DNA of 63,874 nt, counting the filler, from Octopus bimaculoides (taxonomy: Eukaryota), in NCBI RefSeq assembly GCF_001194135.2. It is 6 parts of 5 records of this genome, joined end to end, with 100 filler letters (N's around TTAATTAATTAA, not from the genome) between each part and the next. Parts side by side here need not be neighbours in the genome. Positions count along the whole stretch, not along the records: positions 32,364 to 62,760 come from NC_068995.1; 5 more parts are not named here. One strand, given 5' to 3'. The notes beneath the pieces were generated by a model that had not been told where the DNA came from, searched no databases, and worked only from the letters and a program-made list of their open reading frames with translations. Positions 51,310-62,860 of this stretch are shown here, piece after piece (position 1 is the stretch's first letter; every line of letters begins with the position of its first letter). The translations under genes were made by a program, and so were the position numbers.

Positions 51310-51913
51310 ATGAGCCACGAAAAATTATAAGCAAAACATCGATGTCAATCGTTCTTGAATGGGTGAGTTGTCCCACCTATGCATGACTGATTTTCAGTTG
51401 TTTTAACACCCGGTGCTTTGAGAGAGTCATCTCCACTGCATCATATCGCAGCCAACTGGCAAACAAGCAAAGCACATATCTCGCTTAAGTGTGTTTGATA
51501 ATGTTTATCACACCCACGCTGCTTCTGATTCATATTTGAATTTATTCCTATGTAATGCATTGTTTGGGCATACCAGCAGTTAGATTTTTTTTATAACATT
51601 CTACATATAGTCATGAACAGGCTATTCAACTTCTTCCGGTTCAGCTCAGATACGTGATGTTGATAAGCCACAAAAAGGACGAAACATCGATGTCCATCGT
51701 TCCTCAATGGGACTTGGGATGAGTTGTCCTGTCCGTCTATCACTATGACTTTTATGTGCTTTAATATCCGGTGCTTTGAGAAAGTCATCTCCACCGCATA
51801 AAATAGCAGGCGACCGGTGAACAAGCAAAGCACATATCTCGCTTAAGTGTGTTTGATAATGTTTATCACACCCACGCTGCTTCTGATTCATATTTGAATT
51901 TATTCCTATGTAA
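51310..51913 (+). repeat. Head-to-tail ~350-nt tandem repeat with HHR motifs at unit junctions (retrozyme/PLE-pLTR-like), continuing into a gap
   Basis: AAACATCGATGTC at 51334-51346 and 51682-51694 (348 nt apart). 5' parts diverged, 3' ~92 bp identical. Confidence 0.8.
51654..51700 (+). ncRNA. Type I minimal hammerhead variant (U3-A8 core)
   Basis: Stem I gtgatg/catcgt, core TTGATAA 51660-66, stem II gcc/ggac with a bulge, GAAA 51681-84, 10-nt palindromic stem III ACATCGATGT, GUC ending 51694. Confidence 0.65.
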
Positions 51914-53084
51914 NNNNNNNNNNNNNNNNNNNNNNNNNNNNNNNNNNNNNNNNNNNNNNNNNNNNNNNNNNNNNNNNNNNNNNNNNNNNNNNNNNNNNNN
52001 NNNNNNNNNNNNNNNNNNNNNNNNNNNNNNNNNNNNNNNNNNNNNNNNNNNNNNNNNNNNNNNNNNNNNNNNNNNNNNNNNNNNNNNNNNNNNNNNNNNN
52101 NNNNNNNNNNNNNNNNNNNNNNNNNNNNNNNNNNNNNNNNNNNNNNNNNNNNNNNNNNNNNNNNNNNNNNNNNNNNNNNNNNNNNNNNNNNNNNNNNNNN
52201 NNNNNNNNNNNNNNNNNNNNNNNNNNNNNNNNNNNNNNNNNNNNNNNNNNNNNNNNNNNNNNNNNNNNNNNNNNNNNNNNNNNNNNNNNNNNNNNNNNNN
52301 NNNNNNNNNNNNNNNNNNNNNNNNNNNNNNNNNNNNNNNNNNNNNNNNNNNNNNNNNNNNNNNNNNNNNNNNNNNNNNNNNNNNNNNNNNNNNNNNNNNN
52401 NNNNNNNNNNNNNNNNNNNNNNNNNNNNNNNNNNNNNNNNNNNNNNNNNNNNNNNNNNNNNNNNNNNNNNNNNNNNNNNNNNNNNNNNNNNNNNNNNNNN
52501 NNNNNNNNNNNNAGGCCATATATATATATATATATATATATGTACAAGTCTATACACATACATACATATACACATATACATGATTTATATAATTCTTTTC
52601 TTGGAACTGGATCTCGAATGCAACATTCGCCTTCTCTTATCCGAAGGGTTTTTTCACCCAATATTTACATGCTATTATCTATAGTATGTATGTACTTCAC
52701 TATCCAGTTCTAAAGACTTTTATAAATTCATAAATTCTACTGACAGCAACACACACACACAAGAAACGAAAAGATGTCTTTTTGAACTTTCTTCCCCATT
52801 AAGATAAATCATAACAATTTTTTTATTTTTTTTGTATGGAATAGCAAAAGACGAAGGGGCTGCAGAATTTTCGAGATTGATATAAGGATGAGGAGGGAAG
52901 ATAAGAGAAAAACTCATCGGTCGCGGCAATAGAAAGTAGAGTAACAAAGTATCGAATAAAGGCCTGATCTGAAATGTTGCAACACAGTGGGTGTTACGTG
53001 AGTAAATAAAAATGGTCAGCACCAATGATCTTTGCAGGACTTCAGAGAGAGGTCTCAGGATAGGAAATAAGGAACGATGAGTGC

Positions 53085-53408
53085 TGATCTGTTGTCGGTT
53101 ATGACGATAAGGGTTCCAGTTGATCAGATCAACGGAACAGCCTGCTCGTGAAATTAACGTGCAAGTGGCTGAGCACTCCACAGACACGTGTACCCTTAAC
53201 GTAGTTCTCAGAGAGATTCAGCGGGACACAAGTGTGACAAGTATGACAAGTCTGGAACCTTTGAAATACAGGTACAATTCATTTTTGCCAACTGAGTGGA
53301 GCAATGTGAAAGAAAGTGTCTTGTTCAAGGACACAGCACATCGTCGGGAATTGAACTCACGACCTTACGACCGTAAGCCAAACACCCTAACCACTAGGTC
53401 ACGCCCCT
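53085..53408 (-). mobile_element. SINE family D
   Basis: Head with gtgtcttgttcaaggacaca and tRNA-like end. Tail shared with family C. Confidence 0.85.
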
Positions 53409-53421
53409 GTAAATATTTGTA

Positions 53422-53711
53422 TTGTTGGCACTCCGTCGCTTACGACGACGAGGGTTCCAGTTGATCCGATCAACGGAACAGCCTACTCGTGAAATTAACG
53501 TGCAAGTGGCTGAGCACTCCACAGACACGTGTACCCTTAACGTAGTTCTCGGGGATATTTAGCGTGACACAGTGTGACAAGGCTGACCCTTTGAATTACA
53601 GGCACAACAGAAACAGGAAGTAAGAGTGAGAGAAAGTTGTGGTGAAATAGTACAGCAGGGTTCGCCACCATCCCCTGCCGGAGCCCCTCGTGGAGCTTTA
53701 GGTGTTTTTGC
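53422..53711 (-). mobile_element. SINE family C (head in gap)
   Basis: Matches 44469-44750. Confidence 0.9.
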
Positions 53712-54823
53712 NNNNNNNNNNNNNNNNNNNNNNNNNNNNNNNNNNNNNNNNNNNNNNNNNNNNNNNNNNNNNNNNNNNNNNNNNNNNNNNNNNNNNNNNN
53801 NNNNNNNNNNNNNNNNNNNNNNNNNNNNNNNNNNNNNNNNNNNNNNNNNNNNNNNNNNNNNNNNNNNNNNNNNNNNNNNNNNNNNNNNNNNNNNNNNNNN
53901 NNNNNNNNNNNNNNNNNNNNNNNNNNNNNNNNNNNNNNNNNNNNNNNNNNNNNNNNNNNNNNNNNNNNNNNNNNNNNNNNNNNNNNNNNNNNNNNNNNNN
54001 NNNNNNNNNNNNNNNNNNNNNNNNNNNNNNNNNNNNNNNNNNNNNNNNNNNNNNNNNNNNNNNNNNNNNNNNNNNNNNNNNNNNNNNNNNNNNNNNNNNN
54101 NNNNNNNNNNNNNNNNNNNNNNNNNNNNNNNNNNNNNNNNNNNNNNNNNNNNNNNNNNNNNNNNNNNNNNNNNNNNNNNNNNNNNNNNNNNNNNNNNNNN
54201 NNNNNNNNNNNNNNNNNNNNNNNNNNNNNNNNNNNNNNNNNNNNNNNNNNNNNNNNNNNNNNNNNNNNNNNNNNNNNNNNNNNNNNNNNNNNNNNNNNNN
54301 NNNNNNNNNNNNNNNNNNNNNNNNNNNNNNNNNNNNNNNNNNNNNNNNNNNNNNNNNNNNNNNNNNNNNNNNNNNNNNNNNNNNNNNNNNNNNNNNNNNN
54401 NNNNNNNNNNNNNNNNNNNNNNNNNNNNNNNNNNNNNNNNNNNNNNNNNNNNNNNNNNNNNNNNNNNNNNNNNNNNNNNNNNNNNNNNNNNNNNNNNNNN
54501 NNNNNNNNNNNNNNNNNNNNNNNNNNNNNNNNNNNNNNNNNNNNNNNNNNNNNNNNNNNNNNNNNNNNNNNNNNNNNNNNNNNNNNNNNNNNNNNNNNNN
54601 NNNNNNNNNNNNNNNNNNNNNNNNNNNNNNNNNNNNNNNNNNNNNNNNNNNNNNNNNNNNNNTGTGTTAAAGGAGATAAGATTGGCATGCCCCACAGGAG
54701 GATATTTTCGAAGACTCAATTCATGGAATCAAAGAAGATTTGGTGTATGGTGTATAAGTTGCGCGTGGATGACCCACGTTTGAAGAAGGTTTGGGAATAC
54801 CTGGAATTCCTCTCTCCACCTCC

Positions 54824-54893
<70 letters not shown>

Positions 54894-55237
54894 GGGGAGA
54901 AAGCGACCGAGAAAGAGAGAGAGGGAAGAAAGCGACAGAGAAAGAGAGAGACAGTGAGAAATTCCAGATATTGGAGAACGTCATGGTTAATGGCTGTCTC
55001 CATTATCTTGGAAGTATTGGAAGTGAGTGAGATAGAACAATAGTTATCGGGGTCAGAGTGTTACTTTGCATAAGGATAGAATACATTGTGGCGTGTTACC
55101 AAATATTAAGACATCTCCCGGTTGGGATGGAAAAATGTTGGTGATGATGGGGGGAAAAAACTCTGGAGTGCAATGCCTGAAAGCAATGAGAGAGACATTG
55201 AAGTTTGGCGGTACTTTCCACTTTAGTCAATGTGTAC

Positions 55238-55414
55238 GCAAAGTGGCAGACCTTCAAGGGTAAAGGGAATCGAATTGGAGACTTGCCAAGTGTGTACAGT
55301 GCGGCGTTGGACGCAAAGTGNNNNNNNNNNGCAAAGTGGAAGACCTTCAAGGGTAAAGGGAATCGAATTGGAGACTTGCCAAGTGTGTACAGTGCGGCGT
55401 TGGACGCAAAGTGG
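55238..55414. repeat. 75-bp tandem duplication spanning a 10-N gap
   Basis: gcaaagtgg recurs at 55238, 55313, 55331 and 55406. May be an assembly overlap. Confidence 0.6.
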
Positions 55415-55469
55415 AGGCTTTCTCCTTGAGAGTAGTAATCACGGTGCCGTCATCATCTGCTACTGGACG

Positions 55470-56118
55470 AAGGCGGTGAGTTGGCAGAAACGTTAGCACG
55501 CTGGTATTTCGCCTGCCGCTACGTTCTGCGTTCAAATTCCGTCGAGGTCAACTTTGCCTTTCATCCTTTCAGGGTCGATTAAATAAGTACCAGTTAGTGA
55601 CGCACTGGGGTCGATCTAATCGACTTAATCCGTTTGTCTGTCTTTGTTTGTCCCCTCTGTGTGCAGCCCCTTGTGAGCAGTAAAGAAATAAGAAACGNNN
55701 NNNNNNNNNNNNNNNNNNNNNNNNNNNNNNNNNNNNNNNNNNNNNNNNNNNNNNNNNNNNNNNNNNNNNNNNNNNNNNNNNNNNNNNNNNNNNNNNNNNN
55801 TCGATTAAATAAGTACCAGTTAGTGACGCACTGGGGTCGATCTAATCGACTTAATCCGTTTGTCTGTCTTTGTTTGTCCCCTCTGTGTGCAGCCCCTTGT
55901 GAGCAGTAAAGAAATAAGAAACGCTAGCACGCCGGGCGAAATGCTTAGCGGTATTTCGTCTGTCTTTGCGTTCTGAGTTCAAATTCCGTCGAGGTCGACT
56001 TTGCCTTTCATCCTTTCGAGGTTGATAAATCAAGTACCAGTAGCGTACTGGGGTCGATCTAATCGATCGGTTCCCTCCCCCAAAATATCGGGCCCTGTGC
56101 CTAGAGTAGAAAAGATTA
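55470..56118 (+). mobile_element. Tandem SINE family B copies (partly duplicated across a gap)
   Basis: Heads at ~55470 and ~55922. 55801-55922 repeats ~55575-55697. Confidence 0.85.
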
Positions 56119-56758
56119 TTTGCTACCGGAGAAAAAGAGGTTTCTGCAAAGTTCGTGGCGATTTCTTTGGAAAAGAACCCAAAATATACAGTTTAGGGCG
56201 CGGGAAAGTTTGGTGTCTAAGCAAGACTAAGCCATCTCTTGCTGTTCATATAATGGTCTTTCAAGTGATGGATGTTGAATACAGACCATCCAGTTTTATG
56301 GGATGGACGTACTTCTCGAAACGTTATAGGTCTTGTTCTATGTTTTGAAGAGATTGGAGTACTGAGGCTTCGTTGTGTTTCAGATGCAGAGGGACATGTC
56401 TAGAAGGATTATTTCAGTTTCCCACTAGCCTAGTTGTGTTTGGTGTGCAAAGAATAAAGCTACGTGTGTTCTCAGGGACACTTAAAACTGATGAACTCCA
56501 ACTTGTCTGTTGATTTAAGTGACTCAGTGTGTGGAGTTGGGTACTTAGTGTAGAATGTATGTTGGGTAGTTGCAATGCAGTAGGGGATGGGTAAACCGAC
56601 AGGTGCGCCGACAAATACGAGAGAGAAATATTACTGTTTCTATCTTATGATGAATTCATCAGTCGAAGATAATACTCGCCGTTATTGCTGAAATATTGAT
56701 GGCAATCAGCAAATCGATGCACAGTCACATTATTGATCTCTATAGCAACTTTACTTAC

Positions 56759-56915
56759 CGTTGTCTTCATATGCAGAGATTTATCAAATAAGCAAAGTCG
56801 GATATCGAGCTTTTCCGTGCATTTCTGAAGCTCATTCCAAGAATACTTGACTCCTTTATCGAAATCTTCTACTGACAAATTTTTCCTTTTTACAAACAAG
56901 TAGTCTGAGTATAAT
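56759..56915 (-). CDS. Internal exon of the CHST15/GalNAc4S-6ST-like sulfotransferase (3'-phosphate-binding region)
   Basis: Acceptor tttgattttatttccAG, donor ACG|GTAAGT, 157 nt (phase 2 to 0): (R)LYSDYLFVKRKNLSVEDFDKGVKYSWNELQKCTEKLDIRLCLFDKSLHMKTT, matching CHST15 RLYSDYLYF..S..DF..V......C.....R.C.Y. Confidence 0.85.
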
Positions 56916-57133
56916 CTGGAAATAAAATCAAACAAGAACTTCTTAATAGTTTACTTATACACACATGCACACAAAGCGCTCACATATACACATGCATACA
57001 AGCACACACAGACACAAGCTCACGCAACAACACACATACACACACATTGCATTAACAAATACAAACACATTGAACCACGTACTTTCGAACATACTTTAAA
57101 CATTCATATATTTCATAATAGCTCATTTAATAA

Positions 57134-59418
57134 CACTGGCCAACAAAATTCTTGTTGCGCTGATGCCAACAACTAGCATTACCTACTTCGAGTATGCTGC
57201 ATTCGGATATGAAGTTAGTTTTTCTCTGTAAGCTCTAGATTTTTTGCAATAAAATTTTTTTGATAATTTCCAAATTTCCAATATTTCTCCAGATATGATG
57301 TAATCCATCTGATAATTTTCTAGTAATACTATCTTCAAACTAGATGGAAAAGAACAAATATTTATGAACTGAGATTTTAACTTTATTCGTAGATACGAAT
57401 TAGCACACCACAAAAATAATATTTCTTATTCGAATGCTGAGTAAAATAAATGTTACCATGTACCAGTTTTTTTCTGCCAACTGCTTTTCAGTTGAAAATA
57501 TATACTATATACAAATGGTAGATGTAAATTGTTCAGAAACTGATTAGGACGGAAGATAATACACAAATAGGTCTTATTCAGGTAAGAATTTGCTCTTGGA
57601 GCTCTTGCGTTTGTAGACTTTCTCGTGGAAATCTCGTTTAATGCTCCAGCAGTAATCTACCATCATGTTCTTGTCCCATCGCCCTTGATAACGCTCTTCC
57701 CTGGTCCTGAGGTCTTAGTGGTAGCGCTCTCCTTATACAACATTTATATCTCCAAAGTTTCACCCAAGATCATGGAAAGACGACAGCATATTATAAACAA
57801 GAATTTCATAGTCATCTGCTTTTCTATTTCCATGAAAATTTTTTATGACTGCTCCAAATGACTTCTATGCTGCTCCTTCCTTGCCGTTCAGCTTTCCAAC
57901 AAATTCCTCATCACGTGCAAGGGGACGAATCTGAGGTCCGTCAAACACACCAGCTTTAACCTCGAATTTCAAACCAGGAAATGAAGAGATTATATGTTGA
58001 AAACATTCACCAACAGTATCCAATGCCTTAGTGAATTGCTTCATCAAGCCCAGTTTTATATGGAGTGATGGGAAAATAACTTTTTCTCCGCTGACAGTTG
58101 GATCATTCACAATATTCGGTATGACTGCTTTTAGAGTTTCACAAATGGGCCATTTCTTCTGAATGCAGTGTTTCTAACGAGGTCGGTTGTCCTACATGCA
58201 GAGATGGCAAGGATACTTTGTGAAACCTTTCTATTGGCCAAGGAGGAAATTTACCATTTTCAAATCTACACAAATGGTCCAGTTGTGCTCATTATATTTT
58301 AGTTAGCCAATAACCATTTTTATGTCATTGTAATCATGCAAACACACTGAGTGACGAACTGGGACATTGCCACTGTGTTGGCGAGCACACTTAAGACAGC
58401 AATTAGAACTATCTAGAAATAGTCGCCAGTCAGTTAAAGAGTACGAGGGGATTCCTAATTCTTGGAGAAGACCGTGAATGTCGTGGTAGTAAACGAGGTG
58501 CTTTTCTTGTGAAAATAAAATGACACAAAAATCTGGTCTCGTTTCCGAAAATAAGGAACTTTGCATTTTGATCAAGATTTTTTTTTTTTTTTTTACAGCC
58601 CTGACTCTAGAAATTCAACTGCAGTCTTGGAGAGTCCTAAATCACGCACTAAATCATTCAGTTCTGTTTGGTTAAATTGTTCAGGAGTTTATTTTTCGGT
58701 ATCATAAGAGGGAGTATTGGAATTCTGAAGTAATTTCTTGATTTTCGTTATCATCCTCGTACACTTGTTTGCTAGCTTCGTCTTCGGAAGCGGTAAACCC
58801 AAGAACAATTGGAATCGGAAGTGTCTCAGAGTGCATAATTGCTGAAAGAATATTGGGAGATGATACTTTACGCTTATTTTTCTTGCCAATGCTTTTTGTT
58901 TTGACCATAAAAAAATAACAACAGTCACTTGCGTGGTCCCTGGGCACTTGCCAAACCATAGGAACTCCAGACTGCAGGCCCTTTTATTTTCCTTTTGTCC
59001 AGTCTCGAGATATTTCCTCACGTTATGACACACAACATGAGGAATCCATTTTTTGTCTTGGTTGTCTAGAGGTATTCCAAAATAGGCTTTATAAGTCCGT
59101 CTCAGAGACAATGTGATATTGCACCTTTGACGAATAAGTGTGGAGGAGCCATAGACATACCAGTAGCCATTAGGATTATTCACACATCTATGTTTTACCG
59201 GAAGTAGCCATGATCAGATCTGAATAGGCACAGTTGTCAATTCTTTGTAAGTAGGATATGTATATCTGTATGTCAAATTATCTCAATATCTTAAATTATC
59301 TCATTATGTCTAGATTACAGACTTGAAATTAGCACACACACAAAAAAAAACCCCACTTAGAATCAGTAAAAAAAAAAAATCTCATAAAGTAGAAAAATGA
59401 ATCAAAAATTGTCCAGTA
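57134..59418 (-). mobile_element. Decayed Chapaev3-like (CMC) DNA transposon with TAA TSD
   Basis: CACTGGCCAAC / (rc) TACTGGACAAT ends, TAA on both flanks. ATG at 59211; YKAYFGIPLDNQDKKWIPHVVC, DHASDCCYF, FPSLHIKLGLMKQF, GVFDGPQIR motifs. Frameshifted. Confidence 0.85.
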
Positions 59419-59717
59419 TAATCTTACTCAATTATACAATTATCCGGCCCTCGGATCAATACATGACGAACTCACTCACATGATCGCTCGGTGATATGTA
59501 TATCATACGTGTGTGTTTCTGACTGTGTGTATGTGTGTGTGTGCCCGCGTGCGTGCTTGTGTGTGTGTACTCGCGTGCTTGTGTATGTGTGCGTGCGTGC
59601 GTGCTCGTGTGTGTGTGCGCTATAACTTAGCATAAAAATGAAAACAATTGTCCGCGAATATCTCGTATGGACACGTTGTTCACATTGGTCGCAGTACAGT
59701 ATTTGCTACTATACCTA

Positions 59718-59863
59718 TGCGCAGGCGTAGCTGTGTGGTATGGCTTCGGATTCAGTGCCACTGCGTGACACCATGGGCAAGTGTCATCTACCATAGCCTC
59801 AAGCCCACCAAATCCTTGGAGTGTGGATTTTGTAGACAGAAACTGAAAGAATCCCGTCCTATA

Positions 59864-59899
<36 letters not shown>

Positions 59900-60770
59900 N
59901 NNNNNNNNNNNNNNNNNNNNNNNNNNNNNNNNNNNNNNNNNNNNNNNNNNNNNNNNNNNNNNNNNNNNNNNNNNNNNNNNNNNNNNNNNNNNNNNNNNNN
60001 NNNNNNNNNNNNNNNNNNNNNNNNNNNNNNNNNNNNNNNNNNNNNNNNNNNNNNNNNNNNNNNNNNNNNNNNNNNNNNNNNNNNNNNNNNNNNNNNNNNN
60101 NNNNNNNNNNNNNNNNNNNNNNNNNNNNNNNNNNNNNNNNNNNNNNNNNNNNNNNNNNNNNNNNNNNNNNNNNNNNNNNNNNNNNNNNNNNNNNNNNNNN
60201 NNNNNNNNNNNNNNNNNNNNNNNNNNNNNNNNNNNNNNNNNNNNNNNNNNNNNNNNNNNNNNNNNNNNNNNNNNNNNNNNNNNNNNNNNNNNNNNNNNNN
60301 NNNNNNNNNNNNNNNNNNNNNNNNNNNNNNNNNNNNNNNNNNNNNNNNNNNNNNNNNNNNNNNNNNNNNNNNNNNNNNNNNNNNNNNNNNNNNNNNNNNN
60401 NNNNNNNNNNNNNNNNNNNNNNNNNNNNNNNNNNNNNNNNNNNNNNNNNNNNNNNNNNNNNNNNNNNNNNNNNNNNNNNNNNNNNNNNNNNNNNNNNNNN
60501 NNNNNNNNNNNNNNNNNNNNNNNNNNNNNNNNNNNNNNNNNNNNNNNNNNNNNNNNNNNNNNNNNNNNTATATATATCTGTGTGTGTGTGTATTTATGTG
60601 TGTACACACATATATACGACGGGCTCCTTTCAGTTTCCGGTTACCAAATCACAAGGCTTTGGTCGGCCCGAGGCTATAGTAGAAGACACTTGCCCAAAGT
60701 GCCACGCAGAGGGGCTGAACCCGGAAACATGTGGTTGGGAAGCAAGCTTCTTACCACATAGCCACTCGTA
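59718..60770. mobile_element. Two oppositely oriented SINE family A heads around (GT)n and a gap
   Basis: + head at 59718-59865, - head at 60610-60770. Confidence 0.8.
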
Positions 60771-60980
60771 TATACACAATGAAATGATAAATATAATGGT
60801 TGGTGTGTAAAGGCTAGGTGTTGAGAGAGGCTAGATCACATCTTTACAATTCGAGGTCCCAGTGCAGAAGAGGAAAAGATAAGGTCACGTGTCTGAACCT
60901 TATTGTTGTGTAACGCCCTCTGTTTCTGTATAGCCAGCTCGTTTAGCCGCTGTCAAGGGGGGTAATGCGCCTACATACGT

Positions 60981-61198
60981 AAGGCATCGAGCTGGCAGAA
61001 ACGTTAGCACGCCGAGCGAAATGCTTAGCGGTATTTCGTCTGTCTTTATGTTCTAACTTCAAATTCCGCCGAGGTTGACGTTGCCCCTCATCCTTTCGGG
61101 GGCTGATAAATTAAGTACCAGTTGTATACTTGGGTCGATCTAATCGATTTGCCCTTTCCCCAAAAATTTCGGGCCTTGTGCCTAGAGTAGAAAAGAAT
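60981..61198 (+). mobile_element. SINE family B
   Basis: Full consensus match to 12085-12298. Confidence 0.9.
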
Positions 61199-61516
61199 GT
61201 GTATGGACCCGTATCCACCATAAAGGGCTTTCAAGAATTGCCATCTCTGATAGAGAACGCACGATAAGGGGAATCGATGGGGAAATGACTGACGAGTTTG
61301 GACGTCAAACGTAATTGTACATATTTAGGTGTATATTTGTGTGGGCTCACATGTGTTTTGCTGTTTTATATTTAAGAGATGAGGAATTGTGTATATTACT
61401 TACATTATTTACATTTGACGGATATTTGTCCGCATCTTGATTGTTCTTAATAGATAGTAAAATAAATCCATAATTATTTATAAGTTCATCAAAAATCATG
61501 ATTGTTTATAAGCATA

Positions 61517-61861
61517 TGTTGTTGGCGCTCCGTCGCTTACGACGTCGAGGGTTCCAGCTGATCCGATCAGCGGAACAGCCTGCTCGTGAAATTAAAGTGC
61601 AAATGGCTGAGCACGCCACAGACAAGTGTACCTTTAACGTAGTTCTCGGGGGAGGTTCAGCGTGACACATAGTGCGACAAGGCTGGCCCTTTGAAATACA
61701 GGTACAACAGAAACAGGAAGGTAGAATGAGAGAAAGTTGTGGTGAAAGAGTACAGCAGGGTGTACTCGTGGAGCTTTAGGTGTTTTCGCTCAATAAACAC
61801 TCACAACGCCCGGTCTGGAAATCGAAACCGCGATCCTACGACCGGGCCATTGCACCTCCAC
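61517..61861 (-). mobile_element. SINE family C
   Basis: Matches 44469-44838 with small deletions. Confidence 0.9.
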
Positions 61862-61864
61862 TCA

Positions 61865-62660
61865 AGGTAACAATGAATTAGCCTCAAAAGGCATCCCAAC
61901 AATAGACTCCTTATCCTTGATTACCGGACTTTGGTTAGAGACCATAAACAACGAAGTTCAGCACCTCCACTCCTGTTACATGAAATCCATGGCTTCCAAA
62001 TACGTTATGAAACAAAAATACATACGCAGGACTTCATACACTGCATGCAGTTATCCGGAAACGACCAGAAAGATAGGGTTCGAGTGTACCGGGTGGGTTT
62101 AGAAAGAAATTAGATAATATCACAAATGAAGAGGAAGAAAATATTGGAGCGGTATACAAAGGATTTCTGATGAAGCAAACAAAGCAAACACCACAAGGCT
62201 GACAAATATCAAGGAGTGATGTTTGTAGAGGCTACATCACAAAGGGAGCTACCCCATAGGTTTAGGAAGGCTCTGAAGGATACCAGACTCAACATTAAGA
62301 TCGTTGAGAAACCAGGGAGATCCATCAGCTCACAATTATGCAAGACGTACCCAGCACAATTGTGCAAGACGTACCCAGCACAATTGTGCAAGACGTACCC
62401 ACATGCACGTTGGGAAAATGTGGTTTGTATCTAACCCCAGTATTAACTGTAAGACTACGAACGTAGCCTACAGCATAAAGTGCATGAAGGGGTTTGTAAG
62501 GACAAGAATACACCATACGCAGGGGAAACCTTTAGGAACTTAGGGGAGAGACTAAATAAACACTGGCGTCCTGTGGTTAAAATGGTAGTAACGCCAGTTT
62601 CTACGGAACAATCTGGTGAAATTTTGAAAATCTTGTAGGGGTTGGAAGAAATTTAGCCAG
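61865..62660 (+). mobile_element. Penelope-like element fragment (RT thumb/linker plus GIY-YIG endonuclease)
   Basis: YMKSMASKYV, QLSG...R.RVY, KYQGVMFVEAT..IKIVEKPGRSISSQL, Cys linker, NCKTTNVAYSIKC..YAGET.RNLGERL.KH. 24-bp triplication at 62331-62402. Confidence 0.85.
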
Positions 62661-62860
62661 AACCAGATTTTCACAATTGTTTCAAAGGACTTTTAAACAC
62701 ACACACACTTTTCTCACCCTCTTTCTCTCATACATATACAGCACACGCACACGCACACACNNNNNNNNNNNNNNNNNNNNNNNNNNNNNNNNNNNNNNNN
62801 NNNNTTAATTAATTAANNNNNNNNNNNNNNNNNNNNNNNNNNNNNNNNNNNNNNNNNNNN

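Noticed and set aside
51310-51913. CRISPR-like reading of the spaced repeats (also 28563-28660)
   Set aside because: Eukaryotic context, no cas genes, repeat and spacer sizes inconsistent with CRISPR.
55575-55922. Direct duplication across a gap (similar at 27593-27787)
   Set aside because: Identical contig-end overlap is the simplest explanation.
56250-56320. Minus-strand GWSVFNIHHLKDH resembling the missing CHST15 exon
   Set aside because: Too short, in-frame stops nearby, no suitable splice sites or phase.
61282-61316. CTGACGA-GTTTGGAC-GTCAAACGTA
   Set aside because: GAAA core disrupted and no stem I.
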